A stretch of 64,000 nt of DNA from an uncultured Clostridia bacterium (GCA_947625145.1 CANQNC010000003.1:31754-95753); one strand, 5' to 3'. Positions 24,730 to 34,527 are shown, numbered from the stretch's first letter. Notes: generated from the letters alone by a model not told the origin. Numbers and translations are program-made.

Positions 24730-25581
24730 TCATTCTATAAGTTCAAATTCCTCTTCAAGCGTTACGCCGAAGTTTTCGTACACCCGCGCTTTCGCAAGCT
24801 CGGCAAGCGCAAGGAAGTCCGCCGCGCTGCCTCCGCCGTTGTTGACGATGAAGTTTGCGTGGACAGCGGATATCTCCGCTCCGCCCACTCTTGCGCCCTT
24901 CAATCCGCACTGCTCCACGAGCCTGCCGCTGGGACGCGAGCCGTTTTTGAACACGCTCCCGCAAGACGGCTTTTGAGGCTGTTTCGCGCCCCTAAACTCA
25001 AGATATTCCCGCGCGATACGCAGACTTTCGGACCGCTCTATGCGCTCGAGGCGGAGAGTCGCGGAAAGCACGACGGCGCTCACGCCCTTTCTGTACGAAA
25101 ACATATCCGCAAGCGCCTTTTCGTCAAGCGCGCCCTTGTCAGTTTCCACATGGACGACAAAGCGGCCTATGCTGTTGCCGAACGCGCCCGCGTTCATTCT
25201 GATCGCGCCGCCTATGCTTGCGGGCACTCCCGTAAGAAATTCCAGTCCGCCAAGCCCCTGCGCTCTGCCCGCCGAGATGACGTCCGCAAGCCTCGCGCCG
25301 CATTCCGCGCGGAGAAGGTCCCCCTCTGTCTGCACTCGGTTCAAACGCTTGGTCAGCGCAAGCGGAGTTTTACATATCCCGTCCGCAAGTATGACGTTCG
25401 ACCCTCCGCCGATGGGCTTGACGCCGAGTTCAGACAGCCTGCCAAACTGCTCCGAAGTTTGTGGGACAAACGTCCACGCGCTTCCCCCGCCCTTGTAGGA
25501 CGTCAGTTGGGCGGCGCTCATAAGCGCGGCTTTCAGCCCGCACAGTTCCTCTATCCGACGCACATTCAAAAAATCAGACAT
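24730..25581 (-). CDS. murB: UDP-N-acetylenolpyruvoylglucosamine reductase
   Basis: 283 aa with an FAD-binding GGGSNVILADG, SIGGAIRMNAGAFG and the C-terminal CGSVFKN...GGAEIS motif. Confidence 0.85.
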   Translation of the reverse strand: MSDFLNVRRIEELCGLKAALMSAAQLTSYKGGGSAWTFVPQTSEQFGRLSELGVKPIGGGSNVILADGICKTPLALTKRLNRVQTEGDLLRAECGARLADVISAGRAQGLGGLEFLTGVPASIGGAIRMNAGAFGNSIGRFVVHVETDKGALDEKALADMFSYRKGVSAVVLSATLRLERIERSESLRIAREYLEFRGAKQPQKPSCGSVFKNGSRPSGRLVEQCGLKGARVGGAEISAVHANFIVNNGGGSAADFLALAELAKARVYENFGVTLEEEFELIE

Positions 25582-25970
25582 GCCCTATCTTATGCCGAGT
25601 CGTGCGCGGCAAGACCGAGCGGCTGATTTATTATAACTCATTTTTTTTTAATATACAATAAGGAAAAGGAATCTCGAAGCGAGTACACAATTTGTATCCT
25701 GCGACGGCTTGAAACAGTTTGAAAAGCGCGCCGAAACGCGCTAAATCAAAATCTTTGCCAAATCGCTTTGCCCGAAATCGAATGCGGCAAGGGCTATTCC
25801 TGCGCCGAAATCGTCAATCTCACGCGGAGAAGATATCCTCTTGTCCGAAAACGGTTGTTCTTCCCGCGGCGAAACGATTTTTTCAATTCCGAGACAGTAA
25901 ATTTTCCGTGGCGAAACGTTCGTCCCTACGTCAAAATCGTAAATATCCCGTCGTCCCTGCGCAGATGTCG

Positions 25971-27779
25971 TCAATCTTCCTCGCCGTTCAACGCTTGCAA
26001 GATCTTTTCCGCCTTTGCGAGGGAAATGCCTTTGACGGCGGCAAGCTCCTCGGGAGTTTTGCGCCTGATATCCTCCACGGATCCGAAGCTCTTGATCAGA
26101 AGCGCCGCGGTCTTTTCGCCCACGCCGTCAATCTTTTTCAAGGCGCTTTCGCTCATATGCTTGCTTCTGAGGCTTCGGTGGAAGGTGATGGCAAAGCGAT
26201 GGGACTCGTCTCGAACCCTCTGCAACAGCTGAAGCGCAACGCTGTCCTTGGGCAAGATCACGGGCGAGGTCGGATCGCTGCCCAAAAACACCTCTTCCTC
26301 CCTTTTTGCGAGGGAGACGATCTGAATGTCCTCGGTGCCCGTTTCCGCTTGCGCTTCCTTGGCGTAGGCGAGCTGTCCCTTGCCGCCGTCAATCAGAAGG
26401 AGGTCGGGGACCGTGGAAAAACTTTCGTCCTCGTCGTTCAGCCTCTTGAGCCTGCGGGTCAGCGCCTCTTTCATGCACGCGAAGTCGTTGTTGCCCTCGA
26501 CTGTCTTGATCTTGAACTTTCTGTAATGGGCTTTTTTCGGCTCTCCCCCTTCAAAGACGACCATGCTCGCCACCTTGTCCGTGCCCGAAATGTGCGAAAT
26601 GTCGAAGCCCTCTATGCGGTTGGGCAAAATCTTCAGCCCGAGCAGTTCGCCAAGCTGTTTCACCGCGCCCACGGTGCGCTGTTCCTTCCTCTCCTCCGCC
26701 GAGCCGTGTTTTGTCATGGCGTCGTAGGCGTTTGAGTGCGCAAGCTCGAGCAATTGTTTTCTGACGCCCTGTTTCGGTTCCACGACCCGCACTGTATGCG
26801 CGCACAGCGCGCAGACGGCGCTTTCCAGACTGGCCGCGTCCTCCACGCCGTCCGTGACGATCTCGTCGCAAAGCGGCGGAGTGATTGAATAGTATTGATA
26901 AATATACGAAGCGAGGTCCTCGTCCGCGCAAGTGACGGTGAAGTTGTCTCCGCCCACAAGCTTGCCCCCTCTTACGACAAGCATGTTGATAGCGGAAATG
27001 ATGCCGTTGCTCTCAAACGCGAATATGTCCAGATTGAAGTCCTTTGGCAAGGAGCTGACCTGCTTGCGCACCAGCTTGTCCAAGACCTTCAACTTGTTGC
27101 GATAGCTTAAGGCGACCTCGAAATTTTCCTCATCCGCAAATTTTTTCATCTTTGCGGTGAGGATTTTTTCCACCTCTCTGTCGTTGCCTCTCAAAAAGTC
27201 TATGACCCGTTGCACTTCGCGCTTGTACTCCTCGCTTGACACCTTCCCCGCGCAGGGGGCGAGGCATCTGCCGAGGTGATAGTTCAAGCAGGGGCGGGAG
27301 GGCTTGCTCATATCCCGTCTGCACTCCCTCACGCAAAAGGCGGTGTGGATGAGGTCGAAGATGTCCTTGATGTTGACGGATTGCATGTACGGCCCGAAAT
27401 ATTTTGCGCCGTCGTTTTTGAGTTTTCTGACAAGCTCAATGCGCGGGAAATCCTCCTTCATGTCAATGCGCAAAAAGGGATAGGATTTGTCGTCTTTGAG
27501 CAGGATATTGTAACGCGGTGAGTATTTTTTGATGAGGTTGTTTTCGGTGACAAGCGCGTCCACCTCGCTCGCGCAGATGATATATCTGAAATCCGCGACG
27601 TGCTCGAGCATCGCCATGACCTTTGCCGTGCGGTTGGCGAGATTGAAAAAATACGAGCTTAGCCTGCGCTTGAGGTTTTTGGCTTTGCCCACATAGATGA
27701 TCTCCCCCGCGCTGTCCGACATAAGATACACGCCGGGGTCCGTCGGCACGTCTTTGAGTTTTGCCTTGAAATCCACCAT
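25971..27779 (-). CDS. uvrC: excinuclease ABC subunit C
   Basis: The GIY-YIG motif is GVYLMSDSAGEIIYVGKAKNLKRRLSSYF, followed by a UVR domain, an endonuclease domain and a C-terminal HhH. I chose ATG 27779 (MVDFKAKLKDVP) as the start; ATG 27797 is an alternative. Confidence 0.9.
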   Translation of the reverse strand: MVDFKAKLKDVPTDPGVYLMSDSAGEIIYVGKAKNLKRRLSSYFFNLANRTAKVMAMLEHVADFRYIICASEVDALVTENNLIKKYSPRYNILLKDDKSYPFLRIDMKEDFPRIELVRKLKNDGAKYFGPYMQSVNIKDIFDLIHTAFCVRECRRDMSKPSRPCLNYHLGRCLAPCAGKVSSEEYKREVQRVIDFLRGNDREVEKILTAKMKKFADEENFEVALSYRNKLKVLDKLVRKQVSSLPKDFNLDIFAFESNGIISAINMLVVRGGKLVGGDNFTVTCADEDLASYIYQYYSITPPLCDEIVTDGVEDAASLESAVCALCAHTVRVVEPKQGVRKQLLELAHSNAYDAMTKHGSAEERKEQRTVGAVKQLGELLGLKILPNRIEGFDISHISGTDKVASMVVFEGGEPKKAHYRKFKIKTVEGNNDFACMKEALTRRLKRLNDEDESFSTVPDLLLIDGGKGQLAYAKEAQAETGTEDIQIVSLAKREEEVFLGSDPTSPVILPKDSVALQLLQRVRDESHRFAITFHRSLRSKHMSESALKKIDGVGEKTAALLIKSFGSVEDIRRKTPEELAAVKGISLAKAEKILQALNGEED

Positions 27780-27944
27780 GCTCTGATTATATCCCATTCG
27801 CAAAAAATAGTAAAGCCCAAGTTGCGACTGTCAATACGCCCAAAATTCGGAGCGAAACGCGCAAAAGTATTCGAAATTCGCCCCGATTTTGTAATACTCG
27901 CGCCCTATATCCGCCGCATGCTCCCCTAAAAAATCGCGATTTTG

Positions 27945-27969
27945 CAAAAAAAACGCGGGCATACGCCCG
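27945..27969 (-). terminator. rho-independent terminator after prfA
   Basis: The stem GCGGGC-gtat-GCCCGC is followed by T8 on the minus strand. Confidence 0.75.
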
Positions 27970-28004
27970 CTCCCGAAGTTTGCGCTTCAAACGAAAGAAA
28001 AAGC

Positions 28005-29093
28005 TCAATCCTCTATGTTTTCAAGCAATTTGTTTTGCACGGCGATGCGAAGCGCGTCTATCATCTCGTCAAGCTCGCCGAGCATAAACCTGTCCAAATA
28101 ATAGAGCGTCAGCCCTATGCGGTGATCCGTGACCCTTCCCTGCGGGAAGTTGTAGGTGCGTATCCTCTCGCTCCTGTCCCCCGTGCCGACCTGCGCGCGC
28201 CGATTTGCGGCGTACTCTCTGTCAAGCTGCGATTGATAGAAGTCGTACAGTCTGGATTTGAGCACCTTCATCGCCTTTTCCTTGTTTTTGATCTGACTGC
28301 GCTCGTCCTGACACTCCACGATGATGCCCGTGGGGATATGCGTGATCCTGATCGCGCTTTCCGTCTTGTTGACGTGCTGTCCGCCCGCGCCGCCGCTTCT
28401 GTAGGTGTCTATCTTCAGGTCGTTTTCGTTTATGTTGATCTCAACGTCCTTCGCCTCGGGGAGCACGGCGACCGTCACCGTGGAGGTGTGCACTCTGCCC
28501 TGCGATTCGGTTTCGGGCACGCGCTGAACGCGGTGCACTCCGCTTTCAAACTTCAACTTGCCGTACGCGCCCTTCCCCGTGATCATAAACACAAGTTCTT
28601 TCGCGCCGCCGAGCTCGGTGAAATTCATGCTGACTTCTTCCACCTTCCAGCGGTTCAGATCCGCATAATGGCGATACATTTTCATAAGTTCCGTGCCAAA
28701 CAGCGCGGCTTCGTCTCCGCCCGCGCCCGCGCGGATCTCCATGACGACGTTTGAGTCCTCGTTAGGGTCCTTGGGCAAAAGCGCGATCTTGATGTCCTCG
28801 AGGTCCTTTTCCTGCCTCTGTCTCAGGTCTTCTAGCTCCTGCTTGAGCAGGGCTCGCATATCCGCGTCCGTCTCGAGCGCAAGCATCTTTTCGCACTCCG
28901 CAAATTCCGCCCTATGCGAAAGGAAGGCGTCATACAGCTCCACGACAGGCGTAAGGTCGGAATGTTCTTTTGCAAGCGCCTTGAGCCTCTCTTGATTTTG
29001 TATGACTTCCGCGTCGCAAAGCAGAGCGCCGAGTTCCTCATGGCGTTGCTTCAACTTGTTCAGTCTTTCCAAAAACGCTTCGGATACCTTCAT
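28005..29093 (-). CDS. prfA: peptide chain release factor 1
   Basis: 362 aa with the GGQ motif [20 protein letters not shown] and a PxT-type RF1 region. Confidence 0.95.
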   Translation of the reverse strand: MKVSEAFLERLNKLKQRHEELGALLCDAEVIQNQERLKALAKEHSDLTPVVELYDAFLSHRAEFAECEKMLALETDADMRALLKQELEDLRQRQEKDLEDIKIALLPKDPNEDSNVVMEIRAGAGGDEAALFGTELMKMYRHYADLNRWKVEEVSMNFTELGGAKELVFMITGKGAYGKLKFESGVHRVQRVPETESQGRVHTSTVTVAVLPEAKDVEININENDLKIDTYRSGGAGGQHVNKTESAIRITHIPTGIIVECQDERSQIKNKEKAMKVLKSRLYDFYQSQLDREYAANRRAQVGTGDRSERIRTYNFPQGRVTDHRIGLTLYYLDRFMLGELDEMIDALRIAVQNKLLENIED

Positions 29094-30946
29094 TTTCTTG
29101 TTACGAGGGCAAATCTTTCCACGCCCTCGATGTCCTTTTCTATCCTCACGTCAAAGTCCGAAAACAGCGCTTTGACGGCTTCTGCTTGTCCTATTCCAAG
29201 CTCCATCAGCAATATTCCGCCCGCGCTGAGCCTTTCGTCCAATCCCTCGGCTATCCTGCGGTAAAAGTCCAAGCCGTCCTCTCCTCCGTCCAGCGCCAAA
29301 ATCGGCTCGAAGTTTTTCACCTTGTCCTCAAGCCCCGAAATATCCGCCGTGGGAATGTAGGGAGGATTGCACACGATGACGTCGTAGCTTCCGCTTGTCG
29401 CCTGCCACATATCCCCCTGTTTGAATTCCGCTTTCACGCCCAAGTTTATCGCGTTTGCGGAAGCGACTGCAAGCGCCTCCGCGCTTATGTCCGTGCCCGT
29501 GACCTCAACGCCCGTCTTTGCGGCAAGGGCAAGCGCGATCGCGCCGCTGCCCGTGCACATGTCAAGCGCGCGAAGCCCGTCCGAGGGCATGCGTTCGAGG
29601 ACGCGATCTATCGCCGCTTGCGCAAGCTCTTCCGTCTCGGGACGAGGGATGAGAGTTGCGGGAGTCACGCTGAGTTTAAGTCCCAAAAACTCCGCGTAGC
29701 CGAGCGCGTATTGAAGGGGCGTCCCGTCCGCCATCTTCTTCGCAACGCCCTGCGCCACCTCGAATTGTGCCTTCGAGACAGAGGGCGAAGAGGCAAGCTC
29801 GCTTCTTTTCAGCCCCGTTGCCTCCACCAATATCCAATCTATGTCCGCGCTGTCCGCGCTTGGCGCGAGGTCGCAAAGTTTTTGCCTTGCAAACGCGTAG
29901 GGGACTTTGACGTCGAAACTCGTCTCGGGAAGAGAGGGATCCGCGTCCATCTCCTGCACCCGCTTGAACGCTGTGATGGACACCTCGAGCATGTCGTCCG
30001 TAGGCTCCTTTGTCGTAAGCTTTTGGAGGAGCATGCCGGGGGCGCGAATGATACGCACAAGCAGGCAGTCGCTTTTTGCAAGCAATTTCAAGATCTCGTA
30101 CGACACGCCCGCGACGACAGGCACAAACAACAGCTTGAACCCGAGTTTGATCAGCGCGTTCAGCACCTTGTAGGCGGAAACCGAAGACGGCACGAGCAAC
30201 CCGCACTTTTCAAGCATAAAGTTGACGAGCGCAAACACGATTATGCTTACGGCAAGCACAAAAAACAAGAACGTGGTGCCGCAACGGCTGTGCTCCCTGC
30301 GCATGCCGCGCGCGTTTTCCACGGTGAGGTCAAGCCCGTGCTCGTAGCACGTGATGACCTTGTGCTCCGCCCCGTGATACATAAAAACTCTTCGCACGTC
30401 CTTCATCAGCGTGACAAGCAGGATATAGCACAAAAAGATGGTCAGCATAAACCCGCTTTCTATCAAGCTGTACCAAAGGCTTTTGAGGGAAGAGGAAGCG
30501 ATCGCCGTGTGGTCGCAGATGAGGGAGGCGAGCACGTTCGGCAAAAAGACAAACAACGCGACCGCCAGCACGATGCCGAGGGTCACCGAAAAGGTCATCA
30601 GCACGCTCATGGGATTGATCTTAAGCTTTTTTGCCATCCACTCGTCCGCTTTGCTAGGCTCCGCGAAATCGCCGTAGACCTCTGCGGAGCGCATAAGCAA
30701 CCCCGTCCCCGCGATCAGCTGAGTGAAGAGGTTGACCACTCCGCGCACAAAAGGAAGGCGGAAGAACACGTTTCTGTCCTTCGCGCTCTTCACGTATTTG
30801 CTCTCCACGGTGATCTCCCCGCCGGGAGCGCGGACTGCGGTCGCCATAGAGCGTTCTCCTCTCATCATGACGCCCTCGAGCACAGCCTGCCCGCCTATTG
30901 ACGTGCGGCGAACCGCGCGATCTTTTTTCTTGCTTTTTTCCGCCAT
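29090..30946 (-). CDS. prmC: fusion protein: DUF1385 (YqhQ-like membrane domain) plus release-factor glutamine N5-methyltransferase PrmC
   Basis: 618 aa. The N-terminal half reads [14 protein letters not shown]...[15 protein letters not shown]...RCGTTF with TM helices (DUF1385). The C-terminal half reads [14 protein letters not shown]...[10 protein letters not shown] (HemK/PrmC). It overlaps the prfA start by 4 nt. Confidence 0.85.
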   Translation of the reverse strand: MAEKSKKKDRAVRRTSIGGQAVLEGVMMRGERSMATAVRAPGGEITVESKYVKSAKDRNVFFRLPFVRGVVNLFTQLIAGTGLLMRSAEVYGDFAEPSKADEWMAKKLKINPMSVLMTFSVTLGIVLAVALFVFLPNVLASLICDHTAIASSSLKSLWYSLIESGFMLTIFLCYILLVTLMKDVRRVFMYHGAEHKVITCYEHGLDLTVENARGMRREHSRCGTTFLFFVLAVSIIVFALVNFMLEKCGLLVPSSVSAYKVLNALIKLGFKLLFVPVVAGVSYEILKLLAKSDCLLVRIIRAPGMLLQKLTTKEPTDDMLEVSITAFKRVQEMDADPSLPETSFDVKVPYAFARQKLCDLAPSADSADIDWILVEATGLKRSELASSPSVSKAQFEVAQGVAKKMADGTPLQYALGYAEFLGLKLSVTPATLIPRPETEELAQAAIDRVLERMPSDGLRALDMCTGSGAIALALAAKTGVEVTGTDISAEALAVASANAINLGVKAEFKQGDMWQATSGSYDVIVCNPPYIPTADISGLEDKVKNFEPILALDGGEDGLDFYRRIAEGLDERLSAGGILLMELGIGQAEAVKALFSDFDVRIEKDIEGVERFALVTRK

Positions 30947-30992
30947 AAATCCTGATTATGCAAAAATGCAGGCACAAGTGCCCGCACTCCTG

Positions 30993-31199
30993 TCAGTCGA
31001 GATTGTATCTCTTTTTGAATTTGTCTACTCTTCCGCCTGTGTCCACAAGTTTCTGCTTCCCCGTGAAATAGGGATGGCACTTCGAGCAAATTTCGACCTT
31101 CATCTCGGTGACGTTTTTCGTCGTGCCCGAAAGGAATGTGTTGCCGCAAGCGCAAGTGACGACGACATCATGGTAATTGGGATGGATGCCTTCTTTCAT
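30993..31199 (-). CDS. rpmE: 50S ribosomal protein L31
   Basis: I trimmed the start to ATG 31199: [28 protein letters not shown]...[13 protein letters not shown] (68 aa, CxC...CxxC type). Confidence 0.9.
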   Translation of the reverse strand: MKEGIHPNYHDVVVTCACGNTFLSGTTKNVTEMKVEICSKCHPYFTGKQKLVDTGGRVDKFKKRYNLD

Positions 31200-31269
31200 G
31201 TTCAAACTCCTGAAACGATTTTTTATCCCCACACGAGCCTCTTGCCCGCATATGACATAAAGTTTCTTT

Positions 31270-31297
31270 ATTATAACACACAAAACGCAAAAGTCAA
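31270..31297 (-). promoter_or_regulatory. promoter of rpmE (and possibly of the downstream prmC-prfA genes)
   Basis: The minus strand reads TTGACT-16 nt-TATAAT, with TGT immediately upstream of the -10 (extended -10). Confidence 0.6.
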
Positions 31298-31346
31298 GCG
31301 ATTGAGGCGCAATTGCCTCAAATATTAAATCCGCTTAAGCGCTCCT

Positions 31347-32063
31347 CTACAAGCTGAGCGCGCGCAACAGCTCCTCTCGCACCCCCGAAAGCTCCTTAGA
31401 CGACAACCTTCTGTCCGTCGCCGAGACGGCGCCCGAGCTGAGAATCACGGCGGGATTTTCGCCGAGCACGAAATAATCGTCCGCAAGCAACAAGCACTCG
31501 TCGATCGCGTGCGTGACGAACACTATGGTGCGGGGGCTGAGCCTGTTGAGACGTACGAGCTGATCCAACAGCCTCGCTTTAAGCGCGGTGTCCAGCGCCT
31601 TGAACGGCTCGTCCAACAGCAGGATGTCCGACGGATAGAGGTAGGCGCGCGCCATTGCAACCCTTTGCGCCTGACCGCCGCTGAGTTCGGCGGGCAACTT
31701 CTTTGCCTCGTCCGCGATCTCCAACAGTTCGAGCATATCGTATATCCTCTTTTTGCGCTCCTGCCTGTCCTTGATCACGCTTTTGAGCACAAGTTCGAGG
31801 TTTTTGTACACGGATATGCCGGGCACAAGCCTGTCCCGCTGAAAGATATAGCTTATTGCGCCCTCTCCCTTGGCTATCTCGCCGCCGAAGTCCAAAAGCC
31901 CCGCGATCGCGTTCAGGAGAGTGGTTTTGCCCACGCCGCTGCCGCCGAGCAACGCGCTTATCCTGCCGCTTGCAAAGGAGATGTCGAAGTCCTTGAACAC
32001 AACTTTGTCCCCATAGCTTACGTTAAGCCCTTTTATGACGATGTTCGGAGGGGTCGGGTTCAT
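31347..32063 (-). CDS. ABC transporter ATP-binding protein (NitT/TauT nitrate/sulfonate/taurine-like family)
   Basis: I trimmed the start to ATG 32063, which forms an ATGA overlap with the permease stop. Walker A is GGSGVGKTT, the signature is LSGGQAQRV and Walker B is ILLLDEP. Confidence 0.85.
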   Translation of the reverse strand: MNPTPPNIVIKGLNVSYGDKVVFKDFDISFASGRISALLGGSGVGKTTLLNAIAGLLDFGGEIAKGEGAISYIFQRDRLVPGISVYKNLELVLKSVIKDRQERKKRIYDMLELLEIADEAKKLPAELSGGQAQRVAMARAYLYPSDILLLDEPFKALDTALKARLLDQLVRLNRLSPRTIVFVTHAIDECLLLADDYFVLGENPAVILSSGAVSATDRRLSSKELSGVREELLRALSL

Positions 32064-32839
32064 CTTGTCGCCTCCCACAATTTTTTCAAGCCGCCGACCG
32101 CCGCCTCGAGCACGAAGCTGAACACGATGGCGATCAGCGTCCACGCAAACAGCGCGGAGATATCGAACGAGGCGTAGGCAAATTGTATGTTCCGCCCCAT
32201 GCTTTTGGGTATGCTTGTCAAGATCTCCGCCGCGATCACCACCTTGAGCGTGAGGGAAAGAGTGGAACGACTGCTGTCGAAAAGCGTGGGCGCTATGCTC
32301 GGAAGATAGATGGACAACACCCTGTCCCTTGCGCGCACCTTGTACAGCTTCGCCATGTCAAGCAGATCGCGGTCCACCCCCTCGATCGCGGAATAAAAGG
32401 AGGAATACAGCGCGGGGAAGGCTATCAAAAAGCCCACGACGACAGACATGCTGTCCTTTGCCATAAACGCGTAAAGGATGAAGATCACCGCCACCGTGGG
32501 CGCCGCGCGAAGTATGCTTACGATCGGCGAGACCACTCTATGCAAGGGCTTGCACAATCCCCCGAGCGTGGCAAGCAAAAGCGCGAGCGCAAATGACAAC
32601 GCGAAGCATCCCACGCTTCTGCCTATCGTCGCGAGCACGTCTATCCAGAACTCCCCGCTCCCGCCTAGGCTGAAAAACCTCTTCAGCACGGTCGCGGGCA
32701 TGGGGACAAGATACGGCATGTCCTTCACCGCCGCCCAGACAGCCCACGCCGCCAGCGCCAAAGCAAGCGCCAGCAGCGGGTAGAAAACGTTCAACGCGAT
32801 GCGTTTCGCTTTTGTCTTGTCAAAGTTCAGCTTTGCCAT
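32060..32839 (-). CDS. ABC transporter permease (NitT/TauT-type, BPD_transp_1-like)
   Basis: I trimmed the start to ATG 32839 (MAKLNFDKTKAKR). The protein has six hydrophobic helices and sits between the SBP and ATPase genes. Confidence 0.8.
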   Translation of the reverse strand: MAKLNFDKTKAKRIALNVFYPLLALALALAAWAVWAAVKDMPYLVPMPATVLKRFFSLGGSGEFWIDVLATIGRSVGCFALSFALALLLATLGGLCKPLHRVVSPIVSILRAAPTVAVIFILYAFMAKDSMSVVVGFLIAFPALYSSFYSAIEGVDRDLLDMAKLYKVRARDRVLSIYLPSIAPTLFDSSRSTLSLTLKVVIAAEILTSIPKSMGRNIQFAYASFDISALFAWTLIAIVFSFVLEAAVGGLKKLWEATR

Positions 32840-32856
32840 CGAATTCCTTTTTTGTT

Positions 32857-33897
32857 TTACGCCAACAGATCCTGCGCGAATATGGCATCCTTGTTCGCCG
32901 CCCAATCCACAGACGGGACCATGTTTTTCAAAAATTGCAAGATCTCCGCCACGTCATCTGCATCAAGCTCGTCGCAATCAAGCGCGCATCTCTGAAGCGC
33001 GGGCTTCGGGAAGGGAGTCGTACTGCCGATTGACGCCGCCTCCGCCGTCACCTTGTCCGGATTTGCCTTTATCCAATCCTTGTTGTCGTCAAGCGCTTTG
33101 AAGAGGTCGCGCAAAAAGTCCGCCTCTTTCAAAAGCTCGGCGCGCACAAACAGCCCCGCTTGCGGATAGTTGTCCGCGCCCGTGACGCCGCTGACCTTGC
33201 CGTACTCGACCTGCAGATCCATCTCGGCGTTTATGTCGTTTTGATCGTTGTTTTTCTGCACGGTCGCGACGGGCTCGCCGACCACAATGAAATCAACGCG
33301 TTCCTTGGTCTTGTCCGCGCCTATATATCTTTGAACCGCCAAATTACCGTCATCGACGTACTCTACAAACACCTTGCCCTTGTTTTTTTCGGGGTCCGAG
33401 TCGGGATTGCCCTCCACGGGCGTCAAATCATTCTGTCCCATTACATATCTGAAAATCAGCCCGGGGACGCCCGTCTTTCCTATGCAGGCGATCTTTTTGC
33501 CCTCAAGGTCGGCAAAGGTGATATCCAAAACACCTTGCCCGTCCTTATGTCCGAGAAGATACAGGCTGCCCTCCACCGCAACGGACACAAGTTTGTAGCC
33601 GTTTTTGTTGTCTACGATCTGCTTGGCGCCTGCGTTGACGGGCATGATGACGATATCCGCCTTTCCGCCGCCCATCTCCAAGGCGATAGTGTTCGCCGAG
33701 ACCACATCATAGTTTACGTCGTGCGCGCCCAACTTTGTCTTTTGCGAGGCAAGCCTGAGCATTGCAAGCGCGGGCGTCCCTTGCGGAGCGGCAAAGCGCA
33801 GTTCGCCGCTGTCGTTGCAGGCGACAAACCCTACAGCCACGATCGCGACAAGCGCGACAGCCAAAATGACGCATGCGAGTTTTGAAAACTTTTTCAT
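32857..33897 (-). CDS. ABC transporter substrate-binding lipoprotein (NMT1/TauA-like)
   Basis: 346 aa. The signal peptide carries the lipobox VGFVAC, followed by a periplasmic-binding-like body. Confidence 0.75.
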   Translation of the reverse strand: MKKFSKLACVILAVALVAIVAVGFVACNDSGELRFAAPQGTPALAMLRLASQKTKLGAHDVNYDVVSANTIALEMGGGKADIVIMPVNAGAKQIVDNKNGYKLVSVAVEGSLYLLGHKDGQGVLDITFADLEGKKIACIGKTGVPGLIFRYVMGQNDLTPVEGNPDSDPEKNKGKVFVEYVDDGNLAVQRYIGADKTKERVDFIVVGEPVATVQKNNDQNDINAEMDLQVEYGKVSGVTGADNYPQAGLFVRAELLKEADFLRDLFKALDDNKDWIKANPDKVTAEAASIGSTTPFPKPALQRCALDCDELDADDVAEILQFLKNMVPSVDWAANKDAIFAQDLLA

Positions 33898-34026
33898 TGT
33901 TACACCTCTATAAAAATTATTATTTACTTACGCAAAATTCTTAAGCCGACTTTGGAGCGACTTTCCACCGCATTGGCAATTCCTCGAACGTGCGAACGCC
34001 GTTTCCCCTTTTCAAAGGACGCTTGC

Positions 34027-34275
34027 TCACTCAAGCTCGACGGAAGTCATTGCGGATTTGATGGACAGGTCCTCTATTCGTCCCAGCCTGCCCGTAAGCG
34101 CGCCTATCCTCTCCTGCTCGCCCTCAACAATGAGGGCAATGCAATTGACCGAATGTCGCGGCACGCCCATGCGCCCCACGATGATGTCCGCAAAGTCGCT
34201 GAACACCCTTTGCATCTGCATCACGACGTCCTTGCCGCCGCTGACCACGATTCCCACAACTCCGATCCTTTTCAT
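34027..34275 (-). CDS. TM1266-family small ACT/NikR-C-like regulator (the family annotated as 'iron-only hydrogenase system regulator')
   Basis: I trimmed the start to ATG 34275 with RBS GGAGAAG. MKRIGVVGIVV...FADIIVGRMGVP...IALIVEGEQERIGALTGRLGRIEDLSIKSA matches the family pattern (IIVGRMGIP ... IGALTGKLG). Confidence 0.75.
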   Translation of the reverse strand: MKRIGVVGIVVSGGKDVVMQMQRVFSDFADIIVGRMGVPRHSVNCIALIVEGEQERIGALTGRLGRIEDLSIKSAMTSVELE

Positions 34276-34492
34276 GTTCTTCTCCATCGTCGAATTCGTA
34301 TCGTATGCAATCATGTCGCGCCCGACGTTTTTGCGATATGCCCACAAAAAAACGTTGCCGCGCAAGACGGCAACGCCAAAAAAGCCTTATGTCCTCTTAC
34401 GCTCCGACATTCGGCTTGACCTTGGCATCGCTTTGGATCTTCCGCCGCTCCGCGCATACGGCCTTGCCGTCATTGCTTCCGATATCGTTTTT
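34276..34492 (-). promoter_or_regulatory. 5' leader with mutually exclusive antiterminator/terminator structures (riboswitch- or attenuator-like; class not identified)
   Basis: The leader between the consensus promoter and the start codon is about 210 nt. It contains an intrinsic terminator at 34335-34365. The upstream segment GACGGCAAGGCC (34471-34460) is complementary in 11 of 12 positions to GGCGUUGCCGUC (34367-34356), which includes the 5' terminator arm. Confidence 0.5.
34335..34365 (-). terminator. leader (attenuator) terminator upstream of the TM1266-family gene
   Basis: The minus strand reads CGTTGCCG-tcttgcg-CGGCAACG followed by T7. It lies inside the 5' UTR, not after a gene. Confidence 0.7.
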
Positions 34493-34521
34493 ATTATACA
34501 CTACGAGGTTTTATATGTCAA
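34493..34521 (-). promoter_or_regulatory. consensus sigma-70 promoter of the TM1266-regulator/ABC importer operon
   Basis: The minus strand reads TTGACA-17 nt-TATAAT exactly (tgtcaa at 34516-34521, attata at 34493-34498). Confidence 0.75.
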
Positions 34522-34527
34522 CCCCCG

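Noticed and set aside
25741-25974. quasi-periodic CCGAAA(T/A)CG...GCGG motif series and a 77-aa TTG-start ORF with SPR(E/K) repeats, considered as a degenerate CRISPR array or small repeat protein
   Set aside because: The units are irregular in length (about 20-42 nt) and share only 6-9 nt. There is no exact repeat/spacer organisation and there are no cas genes. The ORF has a weak TTG start overlapping the uvrC stop and no RBS. I leave it as an unexplained degenerate repeat in the uvrC-murB spacer.
34276-34492. assigning the leader to a specific riboswitch class (TPP because of the NMT1/ThiY-like transporter, or the NMT1/xanthine motif)
   Set aside because: I could not find the conserved TPP core strings (CUGAGA, ACCUGAUCUGGAUAAUGCCAGCG-like). 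I cannot verify the NMT1 motif from memory, so the class is left open.
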